Source of the DNA: Hypanus sabinus
Lineage: Eukaryota
Direction of reading: 5' to 3'
DNA length: 64,000 nt
Assembly: GCF_030144855.1 (NCBI RefSeq)
Contig: NC_082706.1
Span: forward strand, 15,562,001-15,626,000
A model generated the notes under the pieces. It did not search any database, had not been told where the DNA came from, and saw only the letters and a program-made list of their open reading frames with translations. Within the stretch, counting starts at the first letter, position 1; each line of letters begins with the position of its first letter. Positions 24,476-37,815 of this stretch are shown here, one piece after another. The translations under genes and the position numbers were made by a program.

Positions 24476-25035
24476 TACACAGTGACCACTTTATTGGCGA
24501 CCACCTGTAGCTAATAAAGAGGCCACTGAGTGTATGTTCATGGTCTTCTGCTGCTGTAGCCCATCTGCTTCAAGGTTCGATGTGTTGTGCAGTCAGAGAT
24601 GCTCTTCTGCACATCACTGTTGTAATGTGTGGTTATTTGTGTTACTGTCACCTTTCTGTCAGCTTGAACCAGTCTGGCCATTCTACTCTGACCTGTCTCA
24701 TTATCAAGACTTTTTTGCCACAGAAACAACGCTCATTAATGTTTCTCTCACCATTCTCTGTAAACACTGGAGACTGATGTCTGTGAAAATCCCAGAAGAT
24801 TGGCAATTTTTTTAGATATTCAAACCACCCCATCTGGCACCAACAATCATTGCACAGCCTGAGTCACTCAGATCACATTTCTTCCCCATTCTGATGTTTG
24901 CTCTGAACAATGGGACCTCTTGACCATGTCTGCATGCTTTTATGCATTGAGTTGCCGGCATGTGATTGGCTGATTAGATATTTGCAAATAAGAAGAGCAG
25001 GTGTGCAGGTTTACCCAATAAAGTGATTACTCAGT
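24476..25035 (-). mobile_element. Non-autonomous Tc1 element
   Basis: RMARLVQADRKVTVTQITTHYNS...SIS..TTHRTLKQMGYSSRRP; CACTCAGTGGCC/CTTTATTAG-type TIRs. Confidence 0.85.
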
Positions 25036-25829
25036 TAATAATATATTGTATCATAACTATTAAATATTAAACTAAATGCTTAACAGTAAGCTAACTCAAC
25101 TTTAACCAGCAAATAGTAAATACAATACTTCTCACAATACAAAATCAAACACCGGGACAATGTCTGAAGGGGCTTTTCTTTAAAAAACATATTCCTGTTG
25201 TAAACACACCCTGTGTCTTTAATTTCTGACACTCCTGCCTCATCCTGAGGATTTTTATTTTCCCAAACAGATTATATGGCACGATCGATTTCATCATCTC
25301 AACAGCTTTTTTTATTTTTCCAATGTGCTTTTTTAACAATCACGCACAGATTTTCCATAAATGCATCATATGGTACTTGTTCACACACAATGAAAAAAAT
25401 GGCTTGCCCATAATTACAGTGGAGTCCTGAACAGGTTTGCTCCTAATTGGAGATCTCTGTTCGAGATGGCATTAGAGCAAATTGACAGTCATTAGCCTGG
25501 TATCAGAATGATCGTGTTAATTAGCAGCAGCTCGAGTGGAAACTGTTTCAGTGCTTGTGCAAGCCGGTGGGAGAGTCAACCGACAACGGTCTTTGACAAA
25601 TGAGCGCCAATCCAGCGTCCAGACACAGAAGGAATAGCCTCCTGCCAACCTGTAGTGGAGAGGCAACAGGAGTAGGTGGCAGAGCAGCGACAGACAGCTC
25701 AGTCTGCACACGGTTATGACTAGTTTTTGGTGACATGGCCTGAGCAGAAGAAAGATTCTCAGATTCCCTACGTGAGGCCATTTAGCCCATTTAATGTCCG
25801 ATGGCTTTTCACAGAACATGTGTACAGTC

Positions 25830-26055
25830 TGGGAGGCATGGTAGCGTGCAGGTTAGCTCCAGGTGTTTCAGTTCCTCCCACATTCCAAAGGACGTAGGGG
25901 TTAGGAACAGCAAGTCATGGGCATGCTCCTGCTGGCGCGCCGGAAGCATGGTAATACTTGGAGACTACCCCCTTGCGCACCCTCGGACTGTGCTGGTCAT
26001 TAGTGCAAACGGCACAATTCACTGCATGTTTCAATGTACATGTGACAAATAAATC
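25830..26055 (+). mobile_element. V-SINE-like element with alternative 3' tail
   Basis: TTCCTCCCACATTCCAAAGGACG body joined to ...GTACATGTGACAAATAAA tail. Confidence 0.65.
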
Positions 26056-26274
26056 TCTCTTTTATCTTTAGCAATCTCAGCGGTCCCCATCCTGCTTTCT
26101 CCCAATGGCCTTGTGAGTTATTGTTTCCCAAATCCCTAACCCAGTTCCCTTTTTGCCTGATTGGATGATTCTGTTTCCGCCAGTGCTACAGGTTTTATTT
26201 TCCATATACAAAAGAATAATCCTCTTGTGTAAGTGTATCCAAAAATCTGAAATTTGTGTCTCCTCATCCTGGTT

Positions 26275-26612
26275 CATTCATTCGTTAAATGCCGTGTCAC
26301 ATGATGCAGGCAATCCATGGCCATTATTGTTCTCGGCAAGTTTTTCGACAGAAGTAGTTTGCCATTGTCTTCTTCTTTACAAGGCAGGTGATTCCAGCCA
26401 TTATCAATACTCTTCAGAGATTGTCTGCCTGGCGGCAGTAGTTGTATAAGCAGGACTTGTGATGTGTACGACCATCCACCCTCTGCTCCCACAGCTTCAC
26501 GTTACTAAGATCGAGGGGCTAAGCAGGTGCTACACCTTGCCCAAGGGTGACCTGCAGGCTAGCAGAGGGAAGGAGCACCTTACACCTCCTTTGGTAGAGA
26601 CGTATGTCCACC
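26275..26612 (-). mobile_element. SINE-like element with RTE/BovB-type motif
   Basis: Reverse complement of 8043-8409. Confidence 0.78.
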
Positions 26613-27224
26613 TAGTCCTAGTACCATCTGTAAATGGTAACACCTACTCTCACTTCAATCAAAGCATTTTCCGGTCTGAGGAGAATATAAGGGAGGTTTT
26701 TATCATGCGCACAACGACGGTGAGGGACGGCTGCAATGGAAAACTTGCTCGCAGCAGCATCACCAGCACTAGATGCAGACAACACACTGAATCACAAATT
26801 ATACTTAAACTATGCAAAGTGGTGAAGAAAAAGTCTGTGCACCGTAAGCCAGCTTTGCATTGTCCTCCCTCGTTTACTTGGTGAACAGTTCAGAATTGAC
26901 CAAATGATGTGCGTGGGCCAGAACCGTACATTAATCGGACAAGCCCTTTCTTAAAGAGCAGTCGCCACTCGTATTGGTTTTTTAACATAACGATCAGTAA
27001 TTTCATGGTCACTGTCATCACTACTGAGAATTTATAATTTTATTCCCTAGCTGCCTGGGTAACATTTGGACTCTGACTCATCTGTCTAACACTTGCTTGT
27101 GTTTTGCCAAACCTCGCAACTGAACCACGATGTTATTTTGCTCCTGATGTCAGGAATCAGAGTAACATTAACGTTTGTTACATTTTTGAAGAATTCCAGG
27201 TATTATAGACTCATAGGGACATAG

Positions 27225-27645
27225 AAGACTGCAACACAGAAACAGGCTCTTTGGCCTATCTAGTCCATGCCAAAATATTAATCTCTTTAGCCCCATCGGC
27301 CTGCACCTGGACCATAGCCACCCATAGTCGACCCATCCACATACCTATCCAAATTTCTCTTGAATGTTGAAATTGAACCTGCATCCACTACTTCCACTGT
27401 CAGCTCATTCCACACTCTCACCGCCCTTTGAGTGAATAAGTTCCTCATGTTTCCCTTAAACATTTCACCTTTCACTATTAGCCCATGATCTCTAATTCTA
27501 GTCTCACCCAACCTCAGTAGAAAAAGCCTGCTTGCATTTACACTACCTATACCCCTCATAATTTTGTATACCTCTGTCAAATCTCCCTTTATTCTCCTCC
27601 GCTCTATGGAACTAAACTGGTAACCTATTCAACCTTTCACTATTA
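27225..27645 (-). mobile_element. CR1 LINE 3' fragment
   Basis: ORF 27287..27580. Confidence 0.88.
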
Positions 27646-27647
27646 CA

Positions 27648-28160
27648 CTGTATAAGACCCCGCTTGGAGTACTGTGCTCAGTTCTGGTCACCTCACTACA
27701 GGAAGGATGTTAACACTATAGAGAGAGTGCAGAGGAGATTTACAAGGATGTTGCCTGGACTGAAGAGTGTGCCTTATGAGAATAGGTTGAGTGAACTCAG
27801 CCTTTTCTCCTTGGAGCCACGGAGGATGAGAGGTAACTTAACAGAAGATGATGAAAGGCATTGATCTTGTGGATAGTGAGAGGCTGGAATGGCTAACGTG
27901 AGGGGGCATAGTTTTAAGGTGCTTGGAAGTAAGTACAAGGGGGATGTCAGAGGCAAGTTTTTTTTAACACTGAGTGTTGGGTGCATGGAATGCACTGCCA
28001 GTGACTGTGGTAGAGGCGGATACAATAGGGTCTTTTAAGAGACTCTTAGATTGGTACATGGAGTTTAGAAAAATGGAGGGCTATGCGGTAGGGAAATTCT
28101 AGGCAGTTTCTAGAGTAGGTTACATGGTCGGCTCAACTTTGTGAGCAGAAGGACCTGTAA
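27648..28160 (+). mobile_element. CR1 LINE 3' fragment
   Basis: EYCAQFWSPHYRKDVNTIERVQRRFTRMLPG. Confidence 0.88.
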
Positions 28161-29970
28161 TGGGTTGCAGATTTCTATGGTTTATCACTCGTGTCCTTGA
28201 GTCCCGGCAACATTCTTGTAAATTTTCTCTGTTCTCTCTCAATTTTGTTGACTGCACGCAATACTCCACATTAGGCCTCACCAACTTCTTATGCAACTTC
28301 AACATAACATCCCAACACCTGTGTTCAATACTTTGAAAATTAAAAAGGAAAACTGGGAGAGGGATGTTGACCCCAGGAAGTGGAAAAGAAAAGAAAAATT
28401 AAAAGTGGCAGTGAAAAGTAAGCCTATCCAGTCTTTGCCCTCCAATCTCTGAACCATCTGTGAATCTTTTCTGCATCTTAGTTAAGTGATGTCCTTCTTA
28501 TAGCTAAGTGACCTGAACTGTACACAGCTGTCCAAGTGTGCTGTCACCAATAACTTGTACAGCTGGAACATGGTTTGCCAACTCCTGTACTCACTGCTCT
28601 GACCAATGAAGGAAAGTGTGCCAGACTCCGCCAATCGACAAACCATGTTGATTAAACGGTGCTCCAACACCATCCTCCGACCTCACTGAGGGGGAGAGAG
28701 GGAGAGTGATCATTCAAACACAAGGCCCTTCGCTCTGTTTCTTACTGGAACAGCAGAACAAGCCTGGAGTTCTAACTAACCTACTTCTTACGGCAACTGA
28801 GTAAGGAAGGGCACCAAATAAAAATCTGATTGCTTCTCAGCTGACAATATTTTCATGGAAGACACCCGCCAGGCCATCTGACTAAACATATCTCCTGCAA
28901 TGCAGTAGGGAGTACATTCACCAAACACAATTAAAATGACCTTGAACTCCACAGGTTGCATCCTCCTTAAGCAATTGATAAAGTGAAGTAATATCAAAGT
29001 AGCTCTCTCTCAGACATGTGAGTCTCACAGTATGAAATATTGTTCTGTCTCTGTCCCGATTTAACTGGTGAACTGAAGTCACTCCAAAATTTAAAAACGG
29101 GGTATGTTCACGGTAGCTACAGCAACAAATTCAATCGTGAAATCTTGGTTTAGCACTTGGAGGAAGGCCATTCAGAACCATCACCAGAAAGGACTAGCAC
29201 AGGGGGGGTTCCCAACCTTTTTTATGCCATGGACCCCGACCATTAATTGAGCACTCACTGGGTTGAGTTTGCACATTCTGCCCAAGGAGGCAAGGCGAGT
29301 GGAGGAGAGGTAGAGTCGAGGGCAGGATCAGTCAAGGCAGAGCCTGGGTCCATCCCCAAGAGCGAGGAAAGACCTGAGGTTCAATCGGTCTAAGCGCCAG
29401 GCTGAATTGGAAAGTTCCGGTGCAGGTCGAATTGCGGTGGAGGGCTCCAGACCCCAGAGGGTTTTGACAGAACGTGATGTCTGGACGATTGAAGCACCAG
29501 ACCAGACTGAGGGCGGCCATGACGTGCTCCATGACGTGCTGCACTGAACTAAGGCTGTGGCTTTGTGTCTGTGGAGCTCAGTTCTGAGTATTATGTGCCT
29601 GTTTTTATCCTCTGCTTGATTTGGTTTTCTTTCCCTCTCTGTACATTGGGTGTTTGGTGATCTTTTTTTAAATGGATTTGTCAGAGTTTCTTTCCTTTGT
29701 GGCTCCTTGTGAGGAGACAAATCTCAAGGCGGTATAATGTACACATACTCTGACATAAACATACTTCGAACTGTGAGCCTGTGCACTTCCTCCGTGCGCT
29801 TCAGCTTCCTCCCACATTCCCAAACACGCACTGGCGCTCTAATTGGCTGTAAGTTGTTCCTGGTGTGTGGGCTACCAGTTCAAAGTAAATTTATGGAAAA
29901 TAGTCGGGAAATAGCATTGCACCAAGAACCAGGGTAGAATCAATGGACTAAATAGCCTCCTTCCATACCA

Positions 29971-30510
29971 TATTGTGTACAGTTCTGGTCACCGAATTAT
30001 AGGAAAGATGTCAACAATATAGAGAGAGTAGAGAAGATTTACTAGAATGTTACCTGGGTTTCAGCACCTAAGTTACAGGGAAAGGTTGAACAAGTTGGGT
30101 CTTTATTCTTTGGAACGTAGAAGGCTGAGGGGGGATTTGATAGAGGTATTTAAAATTATGAGGGGGATAGATAGAGTTGACGTGGATAGGCTCTTTCCCA
30201 TTGAGAGTAGGGGAGATTCAAACAAGAGGACATGAGTTGAGAGTTAGGGGGCAAAAGTTTAAGGGTAACACGAGGGGGAATTTATTTACTCAGAGAGTGG
30301 TAGCTGTGTGGAACGAGCTTCCAGTAGAAGTGTTAGAGGCAGGTTTGGTATTGTCATTTAAAGTAAAATTGGATAGGTATATGGACAGGAAAGGAATGGA
30401 GGGTTATGGGCTGAGTGCAGGTCGGTGGGACTAGGTGAGAGTAAGTGTTCGGCACGGACTAGAAGGGTAGAGATGGCCTGTTTCCGTGCTGTAATTGTTA
30501 TATGGTTATA
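29971..30510 (+). mobile_element. Young CR1 LINE 3' fragment
   Basis: ORFs 30047..30235 and 30177..30434; closely similar, in inverted orientation, to 33151-33680. Confidence 0.92.
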
Positions 30511-30997
30511 CCATAAGAAACCATCTACGAAAAATGTACATTTATAATTTTGCACCTTTCTCTTCTAATGGTACAACACATCAATTTAAAATTGACTGCG
30601 ACTTTTGGAATGGGACCAACATGACCCAGAGAACCTTCACCAAGCACATTCATATTTCTTAGAGCAGTTATTTATTTAAGAATTCACCCCCACCCCTCCT
30701 CCTCCCCACCCCCTGACTGTTCCAGACTAGGTCTCCTCTGTTGATGTTAAGCTGACAGCATCCACACCGGAAAACACTCTCGCGTGAGTGCTTTGGGGAT
30801 CAGCTCCCCACCGGCTGCCGTGCCTGAGTGAGTGGGAGCCAGATCACTCAATCAGCCCCAAATCACACCATCAAAATGTAAACCACAGGTTCCAATCGCG
30901 TGCAGTTCAGTGGTAGAATCATATCTGAAAGAAGAAGTTTAAAGAAAGTAGTTTTGTGAGCTGTCAGCATTGGTCACGCTGTTTGGTGGCGCCATAG

Positions 30998-31298
30998 GGT
31001 GGCACCGTAGCACAACGGTTGGCACAACGCTTTGCAGTGCAGGCAACCGGAGTTAAATTCCCGCTGCTGCCCGTAAGGAGGTTGCACGTTCTCCCTGTGA
31101 CCACCTCATTTAACCTCCGGGTGCTCCGGTTTCCTCACGCAGTCCAACGACGTGCTAGTTGGAGTGTTAATTGATCATTGTAAATTGACCCGTGATTAGG
31201 CTATGACTAAATTGGGGCATTGCTGGGCAGCATGGATTGAAGGGCTGGAAGAGCCTACTCCACGCTGTATCTCAATCAATCAATCAATCAATAAATAA
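30998..31298 (+). mobile_element. HE1/V-SINE-like SINE
   Basis: Full copy with (AATC)n tail. Confidence 0.82.
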
Positions 31299-32279
31299 CT
31301 AAACACTTCACGGTTGACGTGGATTCAATGGGCCTGTTTTTGTACTGTATGGCTGTATAACCATACCGCCATTTACTACCAAGGCAAATGTCCTCTGATA
31401 ACATCCCTCTGGGACATATGCTGACATTAAAGGCTCTATATAAATAGAAATTGTTGTTGTCTCATTGATAGAAAGGCATATTTGGCACTGGATAGAATCA
31501 TTCTGGAAGTGTGTGACAAGCCCAGTTAGCATTTTAAGGAGAAGGAACATGGCTTTAGCTGACATGTAACATGGTTATGTACTAATGTAAGGAAGAACAA
31601 AATGACAAAGAGAGGCTTACAAAATATACACGGCGTGCAACTATGAAACGTTCCTGGGAATTGGGACCTCTATCTTCCCCGAAAATGAATATTAAACATG
31701 AGCTGTGATTTTCCATCTGGCCTCGATATTTCAGACAGCAGTCCCAGGAAAGAATCCAGCTGTCCATCAACTGTCAGAATCTCTCATAGCCCGGTCCCAG
31801 GGTGACGTGGCCCACCTCAAGTGAACCGCCTGGGTGAGCAAGCTAGTCCGCAGCCTTATTATTGCATTAGATGCAAGTGATGGGATTATTTGACGATGTA
31901 GAAGATTAATTTTCTCTTTAGAGCTCAGCTTGAGGCAGCACTAATCAGTGGGAGATCAAATTACCTACTTCTTCTCCTGTCAGTCTTCCTAACTCTGCCT
32001 GACAAGAGACATACCACATCTGTTCAATCCATCAACTACCTGAGCATTGTGTCTATGACCTGCAGTCAGATATAACCATTTAATGCCTCCCATAGTAATG
32101 GACAGAGAAAACTCTGGCTCCCGTACACAGTGTGGGCTTGAACTGCTCTATCTCTCTGTGACCTTGCTCACTTTATGCCCGGCCTGACGTTTATCTGCTC
32201 CAAATTGCCTTCATTTTAAAATGTAATGTGAAAAGTAAACATATTCTTATCTGCTTTCCACAACATACAGGTTTGCAAT

Positions 32280-33150
32280 TAAGCGATTTGGCCTATTGAG
32301 ACCACTCATTCAGTCACGGCCGACTTTACTTTCTCTCAGCCCCATACTCCAGTCCTCTTCCAAAATCCTTATTCCCCTTGCCAAACAAGAACCTATCAGC
32401 ACACACAAAATGCTGGAGGAACTCAGCAGGCCAGGCAGCATCAAAGGAAAAGAGTAAACAGTTTAAGTTTTGGGCCGAGGCCCTTTCCGTCAATCTGTAC
32501 CTAAATACACCCACTGGCGGCTTCCACGGCCCTCTGTGGCAACGAATCCCACAGATTTACCACCATCCTGCTGAAGAAATTCCTCTTCATCTCAGCTCTA
32601 AATGGATGACCCTTTTTTCTGAGGATGTGGCCTTGGATCCTAGACTCTTCTGCTAATGGAAACAAAATCTCCACGTTCACTCTATCCAGGCCATCTCAGT
32701 GTCTGGTACATTTTCAAGGAGATCTGTTTTTATTTATTTGAGATACGGCCTGGAATAGGCCTTTCCGGCCTTTTGAGCCACGCCACCCAGCAATTCCCGA
32801 TTTAATCCTAGCCTAATCAAAGCCCAATTTACAATACCAACCGAGACATCCCTGGATTGTGGGAAGAAACTGGAACACCCGGAGGAAACCCACGCAGTCA
32901 CAGGGAGAACAAACAAATTCCTACAGGCAGCTGCAGGAACCCTGACACCCTCTTCCCTCATCTTCTGAACTCCATCACGTACAGGCTTCAAATGTTCCTC
33001 ATACACTAAGCCATTCATTCCTGGAACCGTTCTCGTGAACTTCCTCAGGACCCTCTCCAGGGTAAGCACCCGGGGGCCAAAGTTGCTCACAATATTCCAG
33101 ACACAGTTTGACCATCACCTTACAAAGTCTCAGCTGTACATTCTTGCTTT
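32280..33150 (-). mobile_element. Old CR1 fragment interrupted by a Penelope end (~32398-32490) and a SINE (~32729-32940)
   Basis: LERVLRKFTRTVPGMNGLVYEEHL plus nested repeats. Confidence 0.7.
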
Positions 33151-34577
33151 TATATAACAATTACAGCACGGAAACAGGCCATCTCGGCTCTTCTAGTCCA
33201 TGCCGAACGCTTACTCTCACCTAGTCCCACTGACCTGCACTCAGCACATAACCCTCCATTCCTTTCCTGTCCATATACCTATCCAATTTTTTTTTAAATG
33301 ACAATATCGAACCTGCCTCTACCACTTCTACTGGAAGCTCGTTCCACACAGCTACCATTCTCTGAGTAAATAAGTTCCCCCTCATGTTACCCCTAAACTT
33401 TTGCCCCTTAACTCTCAACTCATGTCCTCTTGTTTGAATCTCCCCTACTGTCAATGGAAAAAGCCTATTCACGTCAACTCTATCTATCCCCCTCATAATT
33501 TTAAATACCTCTATCAAGTCCCCCCTCAACCTTCTACGCTCCAAAGAAGACCTAACTTGTTCAACCTTTCTCTATAACTTAGGTGCTGAAACCCAGGTAA
33601 CATTCTAGTAAATCTCCTCTGTACTCTCTCTATTTTGTTGACATCTTTCCTATAATTCAATGACCAACTGTACACAATACTCCAAATTTGGCCTCACCAA
33701 TGCCTTGTACAATTTTAACATTACATCCCAACTCCTATACTCAGTGCTCTGATTTATAAAGGCCAGCATGCCAAAAGCTTTCTTCACCACCCTATCCACA
33801 TGAGATTCCGCCTTCAGAGAACTATGCACCATTATTCCTAGATCACTCTGTTCTACTGCATTCCTTAATGCCCTACCATTTACCATGTATGCCCTATTTT
33901 GATTAGTCCTACCAAAATGTAGCACCTCACACTTATCACATTAAACTCCATCTGCCATCTTTCAGCCCACTCTTCTAACTGGCCTAAATCCCTCTGCAAG
34001 CTTTGAAAACCTACTTCATTATCCACAATACCACCTATCTCAGTATCATCTGCATACTTACTAACCCAATTTACCACCCCATCATCCAGATCATTAATAT
34101 ATATGACAAACAGCATTGGACCCAGTACAGATCCCTGAGGCACACTACTAGTCACCAGCCTCCAACCTGACAAACAGTTATCCACCACTACTCTCTGGCA
34201 TCTCCCATCCAGCCACTGTTGAAACCATTTTACTACTTTAATATTAATAGCTAACGATTGAACCTTCCTAACTAACCTTCCGTGTGGTACCTTGTCAAAG
34301 GCCTTGCTGGAGTCCATATAGACAGCATCCACTGCTTTACCCTCATCCACTTTCCTAGTAACCTCTTCAAAAAATTCAATAAGATTTGTCAAACATGACC
34401 TTCCACGCACAAATCCACGCTGACTATTCCTAATCATACCCTGTCTATCCAGATAATTATATATACCATCTCTAAGAATACTTTCCATCAATTTACCCAC
34501 CACTGACGTCAAACTTACAGGCTGATAATTGCTAGGATTACTCTTAGAACCCTTTTTAAACAATGGAACCATATTTG
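33151..34577 (-). mobile_element. 5'-truncated CR1 LINE (~1.4 kb) with RT domain
   Basis: PLFKKG..NYQPVSLTS..SKAFDKVPH..VPQGSVLGP..YADDT in ORF 33880..34824; frameshifted downstream. Confidence 0.95.
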
Positions 34578-34774
34578 AGATCTTATATTCGAAATCTCCT
34601 GAAATGAATGCAAACCTTGCATTTGCCTTCCATTGAGGATACACTAGAACCAATCCAGGTAGGCCCAGAGTCAACTTTAGCACAAAGAATAGAATACTAG
34701 CCATTTGTCCCTTCATGTCCATGCCAGTGGAAAATAGCCTAAGCTCACTTTCCAGAGTTCTGTTATATTCTGTT

Positions 34775-35140
34775 ATACACCTTGTACTCCATCTGGGCAG
34801 CCTCCACCCTGATGGCATGAACATCGATTTCTCAAACTCCCAGAAATTGCACTCCCCATCCTCTCCTTCACCAGTTCCGATCCCTGTTTTCCTCTGTCAC
34901 CTCATCTCCTTACCTGCCCATTGCCTCCCTCTGATGCTCCTCCCCTTCCCTTTCCTCCATGGTCTTCTGCCCTCTCCTATCAGATGCCCTCTTCTCCAGC
35001 ACTTTATCTCTTTCACCAACCAACTTCCCTTTACTTCCTCTGCATCTTCCCTTTACTGAACTCTTTACTTCACCCCTTCCCCCTCCCGGTTTCACCTGTC
35101 ACCTGCCACAGTTCTTTCTCCCCTTGCCCACCTTCTTTAC
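34775..35140 (+). mobile_element. Penelope-like element fragment (endonuclease C-terminus and 3' region)
   Basis: HLVLHLGSLHPDGMNIDFSNSQ. Confidence 0.8.
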
Positions 35141-35419
35141 CATAATATACCATTGTATTATACACTAACACATAAACTACCACACTATAACCCAGTATAT
35201 AGCACACTATTACATGTTAAACAGATTACGCCACATGACACCATACTATACAATAGGAGTGGCAAAGACCCACTACCAGTAGAATTCTGGAGATAAAAAG
35301 AACATGGAGCATGGTAGCATAATAGTTTATGTAAAGATGAGCACTTAGAAAACAAGACCATTTTCAAAGGACATTTCAAATGTGTAGTGCAGTGTATGAT
35401 TGTGTAGTGTTGAGTATAT

Positions 35420-36005
35420 AGACTGGTTGCATCACGGCCCAGTATGGGAGCACCAATGCCTTTGAACGGAAAATCCTAATAAAAGGTAGTGGATTCGGCC
35501 CAGTGCATCACAGGCAAAGCCCTCCCAACTGTTGAGCACATATAAATGAAACTCTGTTGTTGGAAAGCAGCATCCATCATCAGAGATCCTCGCCACCCAG
35601 GCCATGCTCTTTTCTCGTTGCTGCCATCAGGTAAAAGGTACAGGAGCCTCAAGACTCATGCCTACCAGTTTCAAGAACAGTCACTGCCCCTCAGCCATCA
35701 GGGTCTTGAACCAAAGAGGATAACAACACTCATCTATAGAGACGTTCGCATTATCTCACTTTAAGGACACTTAATCTTGTTATTTCATATTCTCATTATT
35801 TATTGCTATCTATTTATACTTGCATTTGCACATTTTCTGTTTTCTGCACCCTGGTTGATCTTTCATTGATCCTGTTATAGTTACTATTCTATAGATTTGC
35901 TGAGTATGCCCGCAGACAAATGAACCTGAGAGTTGTAAGTGGTGACATGTACGCACGCTGATAATAAAATTTACAGTAATTTGAACTTTGTACTTTGAAC
36001 TTTGA
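35420..36005 (+). mobile_element. Rex1/Babar-type LINE 3' fragment
   Basis: KAASIIRDPRHPGHALFSLLPSGKRYRSL; TTTGAAC tail. Confidence 0.82.
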
Positions 36006-37014
36006 AATGCCACCTCAATAGCTGTGGGATTTAAATTCTAGTAGTTAAATAGATCTTAAATTAAAAACCCATCATTTATAATAATAACTGTAATAATAAC
36101 CAGACTTGTAAAAACCTATTTGGTTCAGGGATGGAAATTGGTCATTATTACCCAGTCTGGCTGCAGTGAGATTCCAAACACACCACTGTGCTCAATTCAA
36201 GACTCCAAGTGAAATCTGGGGTGAACAATAAGTGTTTTCGTTGCCGTAACCCCCACATCCTTCAGATGATTAATGACGGATGTCATTGGTGACCTGGCTC
36301 ACAGCAGTCCCACAATCATTTGAGGGCATGATGGAGGAGAACGTTCCACATTGGAGCAAGAAGTGGAGACATATTGCCTTTATATTTGATCAATCTTGCT
36401 ATTTTGGAAATAAAAACAGAAAATGCTGGACATACCCAGAAGGTCAGAAGAAAGATAAATGAGTTAACATTCCAGTCCTAATAAAGAGTCTCGGACGTGA
36501 AACAGTAACCGTTTCTCTCTCCGTGGATGCTGCCCAGGCTGCTAAGTATTTCTAGCAGATTATGTTTTTATTTTCATTTACCAGCACCTGTGAATTTTTT
36601 TTTAACCTTTGCTTGTTATGTTGAAATCTGCACCGTAAACAAAGCCAGCTCTGCTAAGTCCTACAAAGTAAGAGAGGAAGTTCTAGCCTCTCAATTCTTT
36701 CCCCAAAAGAGACAGCAATGAACTTCGACTGAGCATAGGAGCTATAAACTGGAACCAGCAAGAGGAAAACTCTGATATCTCCCTTGAGCAGTAAAGAGTC
36801 ATATTCCAGAATCAGTTTGAGGGCAATGTTATCGCTGAGATAAACAATTCAAACACCATCCCAATTCCTAAAGGATGACATAACATCTGGAAAACTTTTG
36901 TAGTGTTGCTGATGCTTGTGAAATCCAAGTTTTGTTCTTGAAGGATGATTAAAATATATCAGTTTGTTTATGGAGGTTTCTCTAATTGAATTATATCCCA
37001 AAACTGTTCTCTGT

Positions 37015-37815
37015 TGAGAACCATGTGCCAGTCCTCACTGGAGGATCAGAGGTCGGGAAGGTCAGCAACTTTAAAAGCCTCGGTGTTATCGTTTCAGAGG
37101 ACCTGTCCTGTGCAATTGCAAAAAAATGTAGAACAGCAACTCTGCTTCCTTGGGAGTTTACTGAGATTCGGCCTGACGTCTGAGACTTTGACTGACTTCT
37201 GTAGGTGTCTAGTGGAGAGTGTATTGGCTGGCTGTATTGCAGCCTGGCATGGAAACACCAATGCCCTTGAATGAAAAATCCTGCAAAAAGTGATGGGTGC
37301 AGCCCAGTCCATCATGGGTGGAGCCCTCTACATTGAGCACATCTACAGAAAATGTTGTCACAGGAAAGCAGCATCCACCATCTCCCCCCACCACCCAGGA
37401 CATGCTCACTTCTCACTGCTGCCATCAGGAAGAAGGTACAAGAGTCTCAGGACTCGCAGCACCGAGTTCACGAACAGTTATTACCCCTCAACCATCAGCT
37501 TCTTGAACCAAAGACGATAACTTCACTCATCTTCAGGTGCCCCAGCATTGAAATGCTCCCAAAACCTATGGAATCACATTTGGGGAATTTTTAACTTATT
37601 GCTTATTTATTATTATTATTCTTTCTTTCTTCTTGTGTTTGCGCAGTTTATTGTCTTCTGCACTCTGGCTGAATACCCAAGTTGGACAGGCTTTCACTGA
37701 TTCTGTTGTGGTTATTATTCTATAGATTTATTCAGTATGCCCATGAGAAATTGAATCTCAGGGTTGTATATGGTGACGTATATGTACTTTGATAATAAAT
37801 TCACTGAATTTTGAA
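37015..37815 (+). mobile_element. Rex1/Babar-type LINE 3' fragment
   Basis: FCRCLVESVLAGCIAAWHGN...LLPSGRRYKSLRTR. Confidence 0.82.

Noticed and set aside
33880-34824. 314-aa RT ORF as a functional gene
   Set aside because: 5'-truncated, frameshifted CR1; the N-terminal part is read-through from flanking DNA and an antisense Penelope fragment
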